A stretch of DNA of 20,151 nucleotides from Paramoeba atlantica (GCA_977017575.1 CDRNVI010000214.1:1-20151); one strand, 5' to 3'. Shown: positions 1-13,269, counted from the first letter of the stretch. The notes: a model not told the origin generated them from the letters alone. Numbers and translations: made by a program.

Positions 1-2319
<2,319 letters not shown>

Positions 2320-2330
2320 GACTCACGAAG

Positions 2331-2470
2331 TCAAAAGAGAGAGAAGAAAGGGGAGAGAGGAGGAAAAGAGAGAGAGGGAAGAAAAAGAGGAGAAAGAAAG
2401 AGAGGAAGAAAGAGAAAGAGAAAGAGAGGAAAGAGAAAGAGAGAGAGAGAGAAAAGAGAGAGAGAGCTCT
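2331..2470. repeat. Purine-rich (GA/GAA) low-complexity tract upstream of the kinase
   Basis: Almost pure A/G run including (GA)n. It accounts for several spurious E/R/K and S/L/F ORFs in the track. Confidence 0.85.
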
Positions 2471-2892
2471 GAGACACAAAGACAAAAAACACAAATCAGA
2501 AGGGGAACGACCAAAAATAGGGTGGTGCTTCTTTTTTTTTTAGCTTAAAACATGTGCAAACAATCGATTTTTATATTTTTTTCATGTTTGAAAAAAAAAT
2601 GAGGAGAAAAAAGGAAAAAAAACGGTTTTGGAAAAAAGGGGTTTTATTTCTTTTTCTTTGCTTTTTCCAGACAAGCAAAACACCCACAACGACGAGGTAA
2701 AAATAAATAGAACAACAGAGTTTGAAGTGTGTTTGGAGAGGAAGAAAGAAGAAGATACAGGCAGACAGATATGGCGGTGATGTGAGACGTTGTTGATGGT
2801 TGGTCCCACAAAAACAAAAATATACAAAAAAAACACACAATCGAAAGTAGTTGTTTTGTCCCCGCTCAAATTAAGAAAACACCTCTTCTTCT

Positions 2893-4539
2893 TCACTTGG
2901 AGAAAACAAAGTTACCCGACATATTAAAAGATTGAGAAGGAGGAGCCCCGAAAGAAAAGAAATTGTTTGGTTGTTGTGGAGCAAGTGCTGTCGCGGGTTG
3001 TTGTTGTGGTTGTTGTTCAAAGACATTCTCATCCTCTCCTTCAAAGTACTCCTCCAAAAGTTTGGAAGCAATCTCGTGAATCTTCAATTGGGAATGGTTT
3101 TGGAGCTCTTCAATCGCCTCAAGTCCCCCATTCGATTCCATCTCAAGAGCATAAGGATTTGTTTGGTTGGTCTTCGCATTCGCAAGAGTATCACCAACAC
3201 CCATAATCTTCTCAACAGCCTCAAGACAAATGATCAAAAGTTTGGTGTCTTTGTTCGACAAGAATTCAACGATAACCTTCAAACAACCGGCTTGGACCAT
3301 ACGAATGATTTGTTCACTTGTTCCACCGGAGATCGCATTGGTCACTGCCCAAGCAGCTTCTTTTCGAATTTCAAACTCACCCTCCGAACAAAGGGCAATC
3401 AAACGAGAAAGAAACTCGCCGTTCATAATCGCATCAATTTGGGGGGTTGTTCCAGCAGTCACATTCGAAAGAGCCCAGACACATTCTTTGAGCATATTAC
3501 GGTTTGTTTGAGTGTCCATGATGTGTTCAATCGCTTCAAGACCACCGAGGTCGATCACAGCTTGAGTCTGATATTGAGTTCCGGTGACAAGATTTCCGAC
3601 AGTTCGAAGAGCAGGGGTCAAAACAGATGTATTGTCAAGGTAAAGCAAATCAATTAATCGGGGAACAAGACCTTCTTCAATCACAGCTTGCAATTTGTGG
3701 TCTTCACCGTCAGTCAAGTAAGAGAGAGCCCAGCATGCATCACCAAGAACATCTTCATCATCAAGGTTCAACAATCGATAAAGAACACCCAAACATTTTT
3801 TGATACGTGTAAAGTTAGGGGCAGGTTTCCCACGAACCAAATTGGATAAAGTCCAAGTTCCATTGCAGAGGAAAGATTTGTTTGTTGTAGTTTGGAGATT
3901 GTGAAGAAGAGGTTCAAGCGCATTACAAGACAACACATAGTCACGACACTGACAAGAATCACCAGCAATATTTCCAAGAGCCCAAGTAGCTTGTTCTCGA
4001 TTCTCCAAACTCTCCGCATTGGCAGACATCGCGACAAAAGCGGGAACAGCACCAGCGTCAATCACACACTTGGTATGGTCCGAAGTTCCAGAAGCAATGT
4101 TTGTTAAAGCCCAAGCTGCCTCAAATTGGATATCCTTATGAGGAACGCCCAAAAGTTCGACAAATCGATGAACAATCCCACTCGCAATCACAATATCAAT
4201 TGGAGGTTTGGATTCACGAGAGAGGATCTTCCGAATTGATCGAACACCAACAAGAACTTCATTGGGATCAGAGGAACGACTGAGAGAGATAAAACGAGAA
4301 AGGTCAGCATCAGCCTCAGTGGACATCAAAAAAGCATCTTCAGCAGATCGAGGAGCCACAGATGTGGAGGAAGATTCCTCATCGAAAGTGATGTTTCGTC
4401 TCTTCAAAGCCAACTCTTCGCGTTTGTTCTTTCGGATTGAAGCGTGTTTGTCCTCCCTTCTTCGACGAGAATCGGTAACATCAATTCCTTTCTTGAACGC
4501 CTTCCTCCTCTCGTCTTGTTTTGCTCGAACAGACATCAT
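2893..4539 (-). CDS. KPNA: Importin subunit alpha (karyopherin alpha), single exon, about 548 aa
   Basis: N-terminal IBB domain (ERRKAFKKG..SRRRRED...IRKNKREE.ALKRRN) followed by ARM repeats (QFEAAWALTNIASG, EQATWALGNIAGD, DACWALSYLTDG, KECVWALSNVTAG, KEAAWAVTNAISGG) and an acidic/aromatic tail. The start is taken at ATG ATG 4539/4536 rather than the track's non-ATG start at 4575. Confidence 0.96.
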   Translation of the reverse strand: MMSVRAKQDERRKAFKKGIDVTDSRRRREDKHASIRKNKREELALKRRNITFDEESSSTSVAPRSAEDAFLMSTEADADLSRFISLSRSSDPNEVLVGVRSIRKILSRESKPPIDIVIASGIVHRFVELLGVPHKDIQFEAAWALTNIASGTSDHTKCVIDAGAVPAFVAMSANAESLENREQATWALGNIAGDSCQCRDYVLSCNALEPLLHNLQTTTNKSFLCNGTWTLSNLVRGKPAPNFTRIKKCLGVLYRLLNLDDEDVLGDACWALSYLTDGEDHKLQAVIEEGLVPRLIDLLYLDNTSVLTPALRTVGNLVTGTQYQTQAVIDLGGLEAIEHIMDTQTNRNMLKECVWALSNVTAGTTPQIDAIMNGEFLSRLIALCSEGEFEIRKEAAWAVTNAISGGTSEQIIRMVQAGCLKVIVEFLSNKDTKLLIICLEAVEKIMGVGDTLANAKTNQTNPYALEMESNGGLEAIEELQNHSQLKIHEIASKLLEEYFEGEDENVFEQQPQQQPATALAPQQPNNFFSFGAPPSQSFNMSGNFVFSK

Positions 4540-4899
4540 TTTTAATACTTCTAACTTCGAAATCGACTGGTTCAAAAAAAAGTTTTCTGGTTTTTTTGTA
4601 AGAAAAGTTCACAACAAAAAGAAAAAGTGAAAATGTTGTTTTTTTTGAAAAAGACGTTTTTGGGCAAAAGTAACGGCCAGTCGCCCCACGGAAAGGAATT
4701 AATATCTCAAAGTATCAAAAAAAAGTTTTTTAACTGTATAGTTTTTGAACACTCTTCAAATTCAAATTTCAGTTTTTTAGACCTAAAAATCATACTTTCG
4801 ACTTTTCTTTCTAAAACACACCTCACCGCTTTCAAAAAAACACAAACCACCAACAAACAACAACATCAACTCTTCTTTCTATCCTTTCTCTCGAAAAAG
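4540..4899. promoter_or_regulatory. Probable bidirectional promoter between importin-alpha and bL20m
   Basis: The two starts diverge across 360 nt. A GC-richer island (GTAACGGCCAGTCGCCCCACGGAAAGG, about 4669-4697) sits inside AT-rich sequence. Function is inferred from geometry only. Confidence 0.45.
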
Positions 4900-5626
4900 A
4901 TGAACAAACAAAAAGTCTTTGAGTTAGCCAAAGGTTTTCGTGGGAGAAGTAAGAATTGTTGGGTTCTCTCTCGAAATCGTGTTGAAAAAGCACTTCAACA
5001 TCAATACAGGTGATGTTTCTGTGTGATTTGTGATTTGTGTGGAATTTTTTCTTTTTTTTTTCTTCACCCAATTTTTGATTCCCTTTGAAGAGGTCGACGA
5101 TTGAAAAAGAGGGTGATGAGAAGTACTTGGATTCAACAAATCAATGCTGCAACTCGACAGGTTTTTTTTTCTTTTTGTCTTCATCTTTTCTTCATCTTTC
5201 GTTTTGAAACGAGAGTCAGTCCCAATTTTTCTGAGAATCGAGAACAATTGACAAAACTGAATTTTTTTTCTTGGAAAAAGGCAGGAATCCCTTATTCTCA
5301 CTTTATGAGAGATCTATCTCAGACTGAGATTCATCTTGATCGGAGATCTCTTGCGGAACTTGCAAGTTTGTCTTTTTTTTTATGTGTTTCGAGAGAATTG
5401 GAGAAGAGAAGAAGATTTTTTTTTTAAAATCATTCACAAAGAAGAATTTTCATTAAGTCCTATTTTATTCATCGACCAATATTCTTTTTTTTGAAACACA
5501 GTGTCAGAACCATACTCCTTTCGGGCTGTCCTTGACACTGTTCTTGAAATGAAAGAAAATCAAGGAAGTCCCCTTTCTGAATCTCAAGATATTTTTGCTG
5601 CTTCAAGAGTTGTGACATCATCTTAA
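4900..5626 (+). CDS. MRPL20: Mitochondrial ribosomal protein bL20m, 129 aa
   Basis: Exons 4900-5009, 5091-5160, 5281-5365 and 5502-5626 give MNKQKVFELAKGFRGRSKNCW...VEKALQHQYRGRRLKKRVMRSTWIQQINAATRQAGIPYSHFMRDLSQTEIHLDRRSLAELAMSEPYSFRAV..., which follows the bL20 pattern (AKGxRG, YRxRxxKKR..R..WI..INAA, LDR+xLAELA..EP.SF). Confidence 0.93.
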
Positions 5627-6132
5627 AAACTATATTTTTCTGTTTTTTGTTTTTGTTTTTCACAAGAAAAAAGAAACAAAAACGTGTATTTTTCTGTTCT
5701 CATTTTTTTAAAATGAGGAATCACCATCTTATTTTTATATGCCAATCTCCCCAATCCACCCATCATCACATATATTCGAAAAACCACCATCATCTTTTCA
5801 AATAAAAATAGAGGACACAAAGTACAAGCGGGATGAATTCAGAGGTTTTTTGGAGTTTTTTCTTTTTCCTTTTGTTGGTTTTGGATTTTGTTAGTGTTCA
5901 TTTTTGAAAAAGAAACAAATATTTTAATTGAAACAACTTTTTGAGACATCAAACTGAAAAAACAAGGTCACAATTCAGACAAATGGATCCACAAAAAACA
6001 CAAAAGAAGAGGATTGTTTTTTGAAACAAAAATTGTTTTTCTTCATTTTGCACACAAAAAAAACGGGTACAATTCTTTTTTCAAAGAGGAAACAAAAACT
6101 TGTGAAATAACCAAAGTCGTTTGTGTGGATGA

Positions 6133-6483
6133 ATGGAGAATGAGGTATCTATTTTGAGGTTTCTCCTGTTTTCTTTCTTTTTAACTCAACTTTTTTTCAA
6201 GATTTTCGAAAACCCAAAGAGAGAAGAAGAAGAAGAAGAAGAGGGGAGCAGCTCTTTTTCTTCAGAGGAAGAAACCTTTGACGGAAGTCCGAAAGAAGAA
6301 CTCGTTGTGAAAAATGAGGAATATCTCTTGGAAGGTGAACAAGCAACTGGTTTATGGGATGAAATTACAGACAAAGGAGCGAGGATTCTATTCTACTTGA
6401 TCGTTTGTCTCTTTCTTCTTGGGGTGATTCTCTTGTTTGCTGCTTTGTTTCATGATTTGGATATTTTGTCGGTGTTTTTCTAG
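6133..6483 (+). CDS. Small single-pass membrane protein with acidic N-terminus (possible extra 3' exon 6596-6895)
   Basis: Exon 6133-6144 (MENE), a 57-nt GT-AG intron, then exon 6202-6483 with a poly-E/S region and a hydrophobic segment ILFYLIVCLFLLGVILLFAALF. An alternative donor at 6472 and acceptor at 6595 would add 99 aa in frame. Confidence 0.6.
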   Translation: MENEVSILRFLLFSFFLTQLFFKIFENPKREEEEEEEGSSSFSSEEETFDGSPKEELVVKNEEYLLEGEQATGLWDEITDKGARILFYLIVCLFLLGVILLFAALFHDLDILSVFF

Positions 6484-6541
6484 CAAGAAAACCTCGAGAG
6501 GGGAGCCGCTTTTTGTTTTGCTTTGATTACAAAAAGGAGAC

Positions 6542-6565
6542 AATCGCACATGACCCTGTGCGATT
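6542..6565. other. Perfect 9-bp inverted repeat (hairpin) with 6-nt loop
   Basis: AATCGCACA-TGACCC-TGTGCGATT. Confidence 0.6.
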
Positions 6566-7096
6566 CAATTCAATAACGCTCTTTGGGCTTTTCAGGAAGG
6601 TGATTTGGGAACTGTAAATCAAACCGAAAATCGTTCTTCGTTTTTGGCACCCCACATCTCTTTGAAAAGGAAACAGAATTCTTTTCACCAACAACTTGTG
6701 GAGTTGGAGTCTCAAGAAAATACGTGTTGGGTCCTTGGACAAAAAAGGATTCATTCAAGGGGGAACTTTCGACTCACCCAAAAGTGTGGTGCGAGGACCT
6801 TTTTTGAAACCATTTTCCCAAACCAAAAGAACATCTTTCTTGTTTTTGAAGGTGTGAAATCCTCATCAAGACATAAAAATATTTATTCCTCCTAAAAATT
6901 TGAAGAAAATAAAATTTGTTCCTCCCAAAAAGCAAAGCGAACCAAACACCGAAACGATTTTGCTTTTGCTTTTTCCCTTTTTCCCTCTTTTTCCCTCTTT
7001 TTTCCCTCTTTCCTTTTTTCCTTTTTCCCTTTTTGTGTTGGTGTGTTGAGGTGAGGTGACAGAAGAGTGGTGTGGTTCTCAGAGGGTGTGGTGGTG

Positions 7097-8299
7097 ATGA
7101 AGATCAATTATCGTCCCCCAAACCCCCTTTCCCTTGTTGTTTGCTTTCTTCTTCTTTTCTGGATCTCTTTTCTCTTTTCTCCGGTTTCCTCTTCCATATC
7201 TTTTGTTCCTAATGTGATGAACTTTTCTCTTCTTGCCTTTGAGAGTGGAGAAAGGGGTTTTGTCGTTGAAAGAACCTATCAAAGAAAAAAATTTCCTCGT
7301 TTGGCTGTGTTCTTGTTTCATACAACCTCAAGTTTGGAACTTGCTTCGATTCAATTCTCAGCTCTGGTTGATGCTCTTCAAAAAGGCAAAGTGGACTTAT
7401 CTGATGTTTCGATTGAGATTTGGGTTCAGACTAACCGTGAAAGAGAAGCTGTTGAGAAGACTTTGAATTTATCAACATCGAAAATGATGAGACCTCCTCC
7501 TCCTCAGACATTCATCACAACATACCCTCCTTCCGACACTGTTCATCCATCGGAAAGACATGCTGACATCGTAAACTCAGCTTTCCAACGCCGAGGGGGT
7601 TCTTATCTTCTCAACAATACTGCTGTTCTTTTGTTGGATGGTGATATGATCCCAATTTCTCCTTTATCTTTCTCAAATTTATATCTTGGAGACTATCCTA
7701 TCACTTGTTCCAGCAAAAGCACATACTCTCAGGCGCCCGTCCAGCAGCGATATTTTTGTTGGGTTGGATGGATATTGCTGTTCCCAGAACTTGATGAAAC
7801 GATCATCAAAAATTTCTCTGTTTCGACAGGGACAGGTGGAGATACTGGATATGAAACTCTGCAAGTGACTGATATTGTGGGGTTGAATTGGATGAGAAAG
7901 ACTCGCATTCCTCCTAAAATTCGATTTGTCGACGGTGTTCTTGACCAAGACATTAAGTGGATTTCAAAGAAGTCGAAATATGCTCACAAATGTTATTTTG
8001 GTCAAATTTACTCGGTTGGAGATTCACACTTTTATCATATGGGATCTGCAGCTTCAACATGGAAGTTTTCACAAATTTCAATGCGATACAAAGATCTGCA
8101 AGAAAAATTGAATGACAAGAGAATTTCACAGTTTATAATTGATGACATGAAGACAGTTTCTAGTTTGGCTCCAGAGTTACTTGGTTATCCTTATGGACCT
8201 TGTAATCACAAATTTTGTTGTGAAGTGAATGACAAAAAATCACTTAAGATTCAAAGAAAAAAAACTGATTCTGCTGACTCAGAAAAAACCTTGAATTAA
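7097..8299 (+). CDS. Type II membrane protein, putative GT-A fold glycosyltransferase, single exon, 400 aa
   Basis: ATG at 7097; N-terminal hydrophobic anchor (LSLVVCFLLLFWISFLF); beta-strand + DXD motif (VLLLDGDMIPI); later GGDTG and FYHMGS motifs as expected for a nucleotide-sugar-binding GT-A fold. Family not assignable. Confidence 0.65.
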   Translation: MKINYRPPNPLSLVVCFLLLFWISFLFSPVSSSISFVPNVMNFSLLAFESGERGFVVERTYQRKKFPRLAVFLFHTTSSLELASIQFSALVDALQKGKVDLSDVSIEIWVQTNREREAVEKTLNLSTSKMMRPPPPQTFITTYPPSDTVHPSERHADIVNSAFQRRGGSYLLNNTAVLLLDGDMIPISPLSFSNLYLGDYPITCSSKSTYSQAPVQQRYFCWVGWILLFPELDETIIKNFSVSTGTGGDTGYETLQVTDIVGLNWMRKTRIPPKIRFVDGVLDQDIKWISKKSKYAHKCYFGQIYSVGDSHFYHMGSAASTWKFSQISMRYKDLQEKLNDKRISQFIIDDMKTVSSLAPELLGYPYGPCNHKFCCEVNDKKSLKIQRKKTDSADSEKTLN

Positions 8300-8465
8300 A
8301 AAATATTAGGATGTTGGTTTATTTATTTTAAAAGAATGGAGATTGGTTTTTCTTTTGAATTTCTCATTTTTTGTTTTGAGAGAGAATTAAAGAAAAGTGT
8401 GAGAAAAGCCTTTTCAATAATAACACACTTTCAATTTTTTTTTCATCTCCCTTTTTTTTTTCTCT

Positions 8466-9424
8466 TCAATGTTTTGCAGGTTTGAACATTACACCACCCC
8501 CACCTTTTGTTCTCATAATGGCTTGATGACCACCACAAGCAAAACAGACCGCTGGATATAATATTTGTGAAATGTCTTCTTCACTTAATTCAAAGGCGAC
8601 TCCTCGGTCAACTCCATCGTCCAAAAAATGAATTGTTCTGAGAAAAGAGAAGAGAAAGACAAGAACCAAGAGAGAAAAAAACAAGAAAAAAAAGAAATAG
8701 CTGCTCAATTGACAGGGGTTGATCAAGAGAATAAAAAACAGAATGGACCTTGTTTTTGCAAAATATTTCATTTGTACAACATGCATCTTTGGGGAAACTA
8801 GAAAAATCCAAAAAATTTTTTTAAAGAAAACTAAAATTACTGAGAAAGAAAAGAAAGAAGAAAAAAGAAAACTTTCTTTCCATGGCAGGGAAAATGGAAT
8901 TGATTTATCTTTGTGGTTCACATTCCCATTAATATTCCAACCCCAAGAGGTGTATGTTGATCCCAAAAGAAAAGGAGAGCCATTTTCTTGAAATTAATTA
9001 AAATGAAAAGGGAGAATAAAAGAGAAGAGAAGAGAAGAAGAGAAGAGAAGAGAAGAGAAGAGAAAAAGAGAAATCACTGTGAAGGGGTTGATCGGAAAGA
9101 CCAATGGAATAAGCTGTTCGAAAAATTTGGCTGTTGATGCGAACAACAAATTCGATCTCAAAATCTGAAAAGAAATCAAGGGGTTCTTTTCCAATTGCAA
9201 TTTTTGTATGTGCCTAAAAAAAGAGAAGAAAAAGATAATGATTTGTGATTTGAAACAAGAAGAGAGGAAGGAAAAAAAAAAGAAGGAAAACTTTGAAACA
9301 TACGCACCTGATGAAACTCAATTTTTTTATCATCTTCAGCCAAAGTAAAGTAGTTTTTAAATTGTTGCCATTGAAGGCAGTCAGAATCTACTTTCCACTT
9401 TTCAGGGACAAGGAAATTGGCCAT
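8466..9424 (-). CDS. SPRY/B30.2-domain protein, 195 aa
   Basis: Exons 9424-9308, 9213-9078, 8986-8873, 8797-8749 and 8637-8466 splice in frame. Typical SPRY elements: YSIGLS, LLGSTYTSWGWNING, FSLPW, TIHFLDDGVDRGVAF, LYPAVCF. Confidence 0.8.
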
Positions 9425-9598
9425 CTGGAACCTATCAAAAAATTTGAAAAAAAAAAACAACAAAGAGGACACCATGAAAAGGAAGGGACACCGTTCTCTT
9501 TTTCTTTTTTCACTTTTTGTTGAACGAAGAGAGAAGAAAGGAAAAAAGAAAAAGAGATACAAAGAAGAGAGACGAAGAAGAGACAAAGAAAAAAGAAG

Positions 9599-11434
9599 AT
9601 GGAAGAAGAAGAAGAAACTCCAAATGAAGAAACAAAGAAACTATTTGATGGTGTCGAAAAGGGAGATGAAGAACTTGTCAAAGTTCTTCTTGGAAAAGAA
9701 AACAAACAATTCAAACTTGATCTCAACTTCCAATCCAAAGACAAGGTTTTTTTTTTCTTCAAAGCCTTTCTCTCTTCTCTTTTCTTTTTTCCCCTCTCCT
9801 CTTTGTTCTCCTTTCTCCTCTCTTGTTTACCTTTTTTTAAAACTTCTTTTTGGCAAGTGGGGATGGACTGCTCTTCACTTGGCTGCTCAGAAAGGTTTTG
9901 AAGAAATTGTGAAGATTCTTCTTGAACATGGATCCAATGTTGATCTTCAAAATAATGTTTTGATTTTCATTTTTTTTCTTCCCATTTTTATTTGTTGTTG
10001 TTAATTCTTTTGGTTGTTCCTGTTTTGATGAGTTGTGTGATATTTATTTTATTTTTTTCTTTTTTAACAATTTTAATTTGTTAAGTATGAAGAGACCGCT
10101 CTTCACTTAGCTGCTAAGCATGGTTTCAAAGAAGTTGTAACAATTCTTCTTGAACATGGATCCAATATGCATCATCGAGAAAGAGTTTTGATTTTTTTTT
10201 TTTTCATTTTTTATTTGTTGTGGTTCATTCTTGGTTGTTCCTGTTTTGATGTGATATTTATTTTGTTTTGATCTTTTTTGAACAATTTCAATTTGTTTCA
10301 GTGGGGAGAGGCTGCTCTTCATTTAGCCACGAAAAAAGGTTTTGAAGAAATTGTGAAGATTCTCATTGAACATGGATCCAATGTTGATCTTCAAACCAAT
10401 GTTTTGATTTTTCTTTGTTTTCTTTGTTGTGGTTAATTCTTAGTTGTTCATGTTGTTTTGGTGGTTGTGATAATTTATTTTGTTCTTTTTTAACAACTTC
10501 TTTTTGTTAAGAATGGCTGGATCGCTCTTCACTTTGCTGCTTTAACTGGAAAAGAAGAAATTGTGAAGTTTCTTCTTGAACATGGATCCAATGTTGATCT
10601 TCAAAGCATGGTTTGAACAATCTTTTTTTGTTTTCTCATTTTGATTTGTTGTGATTCATTCTTGGTTGTTCATGTTGGTTGTTGATGTGTTGTGTGATAT
10701 TGATTTTATTATTTTTTTAACAATTTCTTTTTGTTCAGTGGGGAGAGACCGCTCTTCACATGGCTGCTCAGCGTGGTTTCAAAGAAATTGTAACAATTCT
10801 TCTTGAACAGGGATGCAATATTTATCTTCAAGATACAGTTTTGATTTTTTTCTTTTCTCATTTTTATTTGTTATGGTTCATTCTTGGTTGTTCATGTTGG
10901 TTGTTGATGTGTTTGTGTGTGATGTTTTATTTTATTTTGTTCTTTTTTTAACAACTTCTTTTTGTTCAGAAAGGCTGGACTGCTCTTCACTTTGCTGCTG
11001 AAAATGATTTTGAAGAAATTGTAAAGATTCTTCTTGAACATGGACCCAATGTTCATCTTCAAACTAAAGTTTTGATTTTCTCTTTTTTTGAGTAAAATAA
11101 CAAAACTGTTGATTGTTCTTTATTATGTTTGGGGAGGGAGTTGTGGAATGGTTCTTTTTTTTTTTTGATCTTTCTTTTTTGTTAGAAAGGGAAAATAGCT
11201 TTAGATGTTGCAAAAGATGAAAGAATTGTTCAACTGATCACCACATTTCAAGAAAGGGTTTTGATTTCTTTTTTCTTTTTCTTTTTACCATATTTTTCTC
11301 CTTTTTCTTTTTCCATTTTTCATTTTTCAGATTTTTTTTAAATTTGGTACATTTTTTTTTGTTTGTATTTTCTTTTTTTGTTTGTACAGGGCAAAAATAT
11401 CAAACCAGCGGTTCAAAAAAAAAATGAAAACTGA
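9599..11434 (+). CDS. Ankyrin-repeat protein ANK-A (N-cap + 6 repeats + C-cap + tail), 285 aa
   Basis: Exons 9599-9745, six 99-nt exons (9858-9956, 10086-10184, 10302-10400, 10512-10610, 10739-10837, 10970-11068), 11186-11257 and 11390-11434. All introns are phase 0. The repeats read xGxTALHxAAxxGxxEIVxILLEHGxNVxLQ. Confidence 0.93.
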
Positions 11435-11960
11435 ACACTCTGAGTTGGTTGAGAGAAAAAGAAAATATTTCAATTTCTTTTTTCATCTCCGTTTTTCATT
11501 TGTTTGTGATTTTTTGTGTTGTGAATAACACACAACATACAAGAAATTGACACTCTTTTCATTCTTTGAGTTTTCTCTGATCATGTTTAAAAACTTTATT
11601 TCTGAGAGAAACTTTTAATTGTTTTTTTATTGTTGATCCACAAATGAAAACGACAATTAAATCTTTTTCTCTTTCCTTTTCTTCTCTCTTTTTCATTCAA
11701 AAAAAGAACAGCTGATTGCCAAAATTCAAAGGAAATTTTATTTTCAGACAATCTGACCTGAACTCCAACTTGTTTCTTCACCCTCTTCTTCTTCTTCTCT
11801 CTTTTCTCCTTGTTGTTCTCCTTTTTGTTCTTCTTGTTTTGTTCTTTTTGTTCTGGTTGTTGTGGAATGATTCTGTTTTTATGTTTGTTGTGAACTTCTC
11901 CTTCCTCTCTCCCTCCCCTACAACAATTCTATTCTATTCTCTTCTCAAATTCTCAAAACT

Positions 11961-12198
11961 TCAATTTTCTTTTATTCTTTGAGCTGGTTTGATTGTTTGT
12001 CCCTGCAAACCAAAGAAAAAACAATATGAGATTTCATTCTTTTCTACAATTCACAAAGATTCAACTCCAACAAAAAAAAATGGAAAAAAATGAAAAGAAG
12101 AAAAAGAAAATTAAAAAAAAGAAATGAAACCTTCAATATTGGATGATCAGTTCAACAACGTTCTGATTTTTTGCAACATCAAGAACTGTTTCACCCTC
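11961..12198 (-). pseudogene. Orphan 3' fragment of an ankyrin gene (C-cap exon + tail exon only)
   Basis: Exon 12198-12131 (EGETVLDVAKNQNVVELIIQY*) is 68 nt versus 66 nt in ANK-B/C; the 2-nt insertion creates TGA. Exon 12002-11961 reads GQTIKPAQKNKEN*. Upstream intron homology stops near 12275 and no 5' exons of its own are present. Confidence 0.8.
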
Positions 12199-12438
12199 CT
12201 AACAAAAAAAGAAAGTTAAAAAAAAAAAAGAAGCACTCCACACTCTCCCCCAAATAACAAAATAACAATCAATGATTTTGCAAAGAGTTGTTTTTCCCTC
12301 AGTTTCACAGTTTTTCAAGTTTTTTCGATTTTGTTCCTTCTTATTTTCAATTGAAAAATTTGTTCAATCTTGGTTCCTCAAAAATCTCAAAAAAAAAAAA
12401 TAGAATTGAAGAGAGAAGAAAAAAAGAAAGTCCTCTTT

Positions 12439-13269
12439 TTAATTTTCTTTTTTTATTTGAGCTGGTTTGATTGTTCGTCCCTACAAACCAAAAAGAAAAA
12501 CAACATGAGAATTGAAAGAAAAAATGCCAAAAAAAGAAGAGAGAGAAAAAAATGAAACCTTCAATTGGATGATGGATTCAACAATGCTCTGATCTTTTGC
12601 AACATCAAGGACTGTTTCACCAGCCTAATAAGAAAAAGAAAGAAAAGAAAGTATAAGAACCACTCCAACCCCATCCTTCTCCTCAATTCTCCCAATTTCC
12701 CCACCCTCCCACAATCCAACAAGTCAATAAATCAAAAAAAGAAAATCAAAACTTCATTTTGAAGATGAATACTGGCTCCATGTTCAATCAGAATCTCCAC
12801 AATTTCTTTTGAACCTTTCTTAGCAGCAAAGTGAAGAGCGGTCCATCCTTCCTTAACAAAAAGAAGTTGTTAAAAGAATAAAACAAAATAACTCTCACAC
12901 AACTCTCTTTCAAAAAAAAATAAAAATCAAATCAAAACTTTATCTTGAAGATCAACATTGGGTCCATGTCCAACAAGAATCTTCACAATTCCTTCTTTTC
13001 CAGTGAAAGCAGCAAAGTGAAGGACAGTCCATCCAAACTTAACAAAAAGAAGTTTGAGAAAAAAGGGGGAGAGAGAAAGATAAAAAAAAGGAAAAGAGAG
13101 AAAAAAGGTTCCAAAAAAAAACCATCTTTTTGAATTGAAAGTTGAGATCAAGTTTGAATTGTTTGTTTTCTTTGCCAAGAAGAACTTTGACAAGTTCTTC
13201 ATCTCCTTGAAGAATAGCATCAAATAGTTTCTTTGATTCTTCATTTGGAGTTTCTTCTTCTTCTTCCAT
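12439..13269 (-). CDS. Ankyrin-repeat protein ANK-B (N-cap + 2 repeats + C-cap + tail), 150 aa
   Basis: Exons 13269-13123, 13037-12939, 12851-12753, 12624-12559 and 12480-12439; all phase 0; open frame ending GRTIKPAQIKKEN*. Confidence 0.9.

Noticed and set aside
4540-4575. N-terminal extension MNQSISKLEVLK of importin-alpha
   Set aside because: It begins at a non-ATG codon. The ATG ATG at 4539/4536 directly precedes the IBB domain.
6551-6553. In-frame TGA in the loop of a hairpin, suggesting selenocysteine or readthrough
   Set aside because: A second TGA lies upstream in the same frame (6524), there is no start, and the structure is not a eukaryotic SECIS.
11596-11930. Lysine-rich minus-strand frame (RIIPQQPEQKEQNKKNKK...SFSQK) between ANK-A and the orphan fragment
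   Set aside because: It has no ATG, no convincing phase-compatible splice partner, and low complexity. It is best explained as purine-rich 3' flank.
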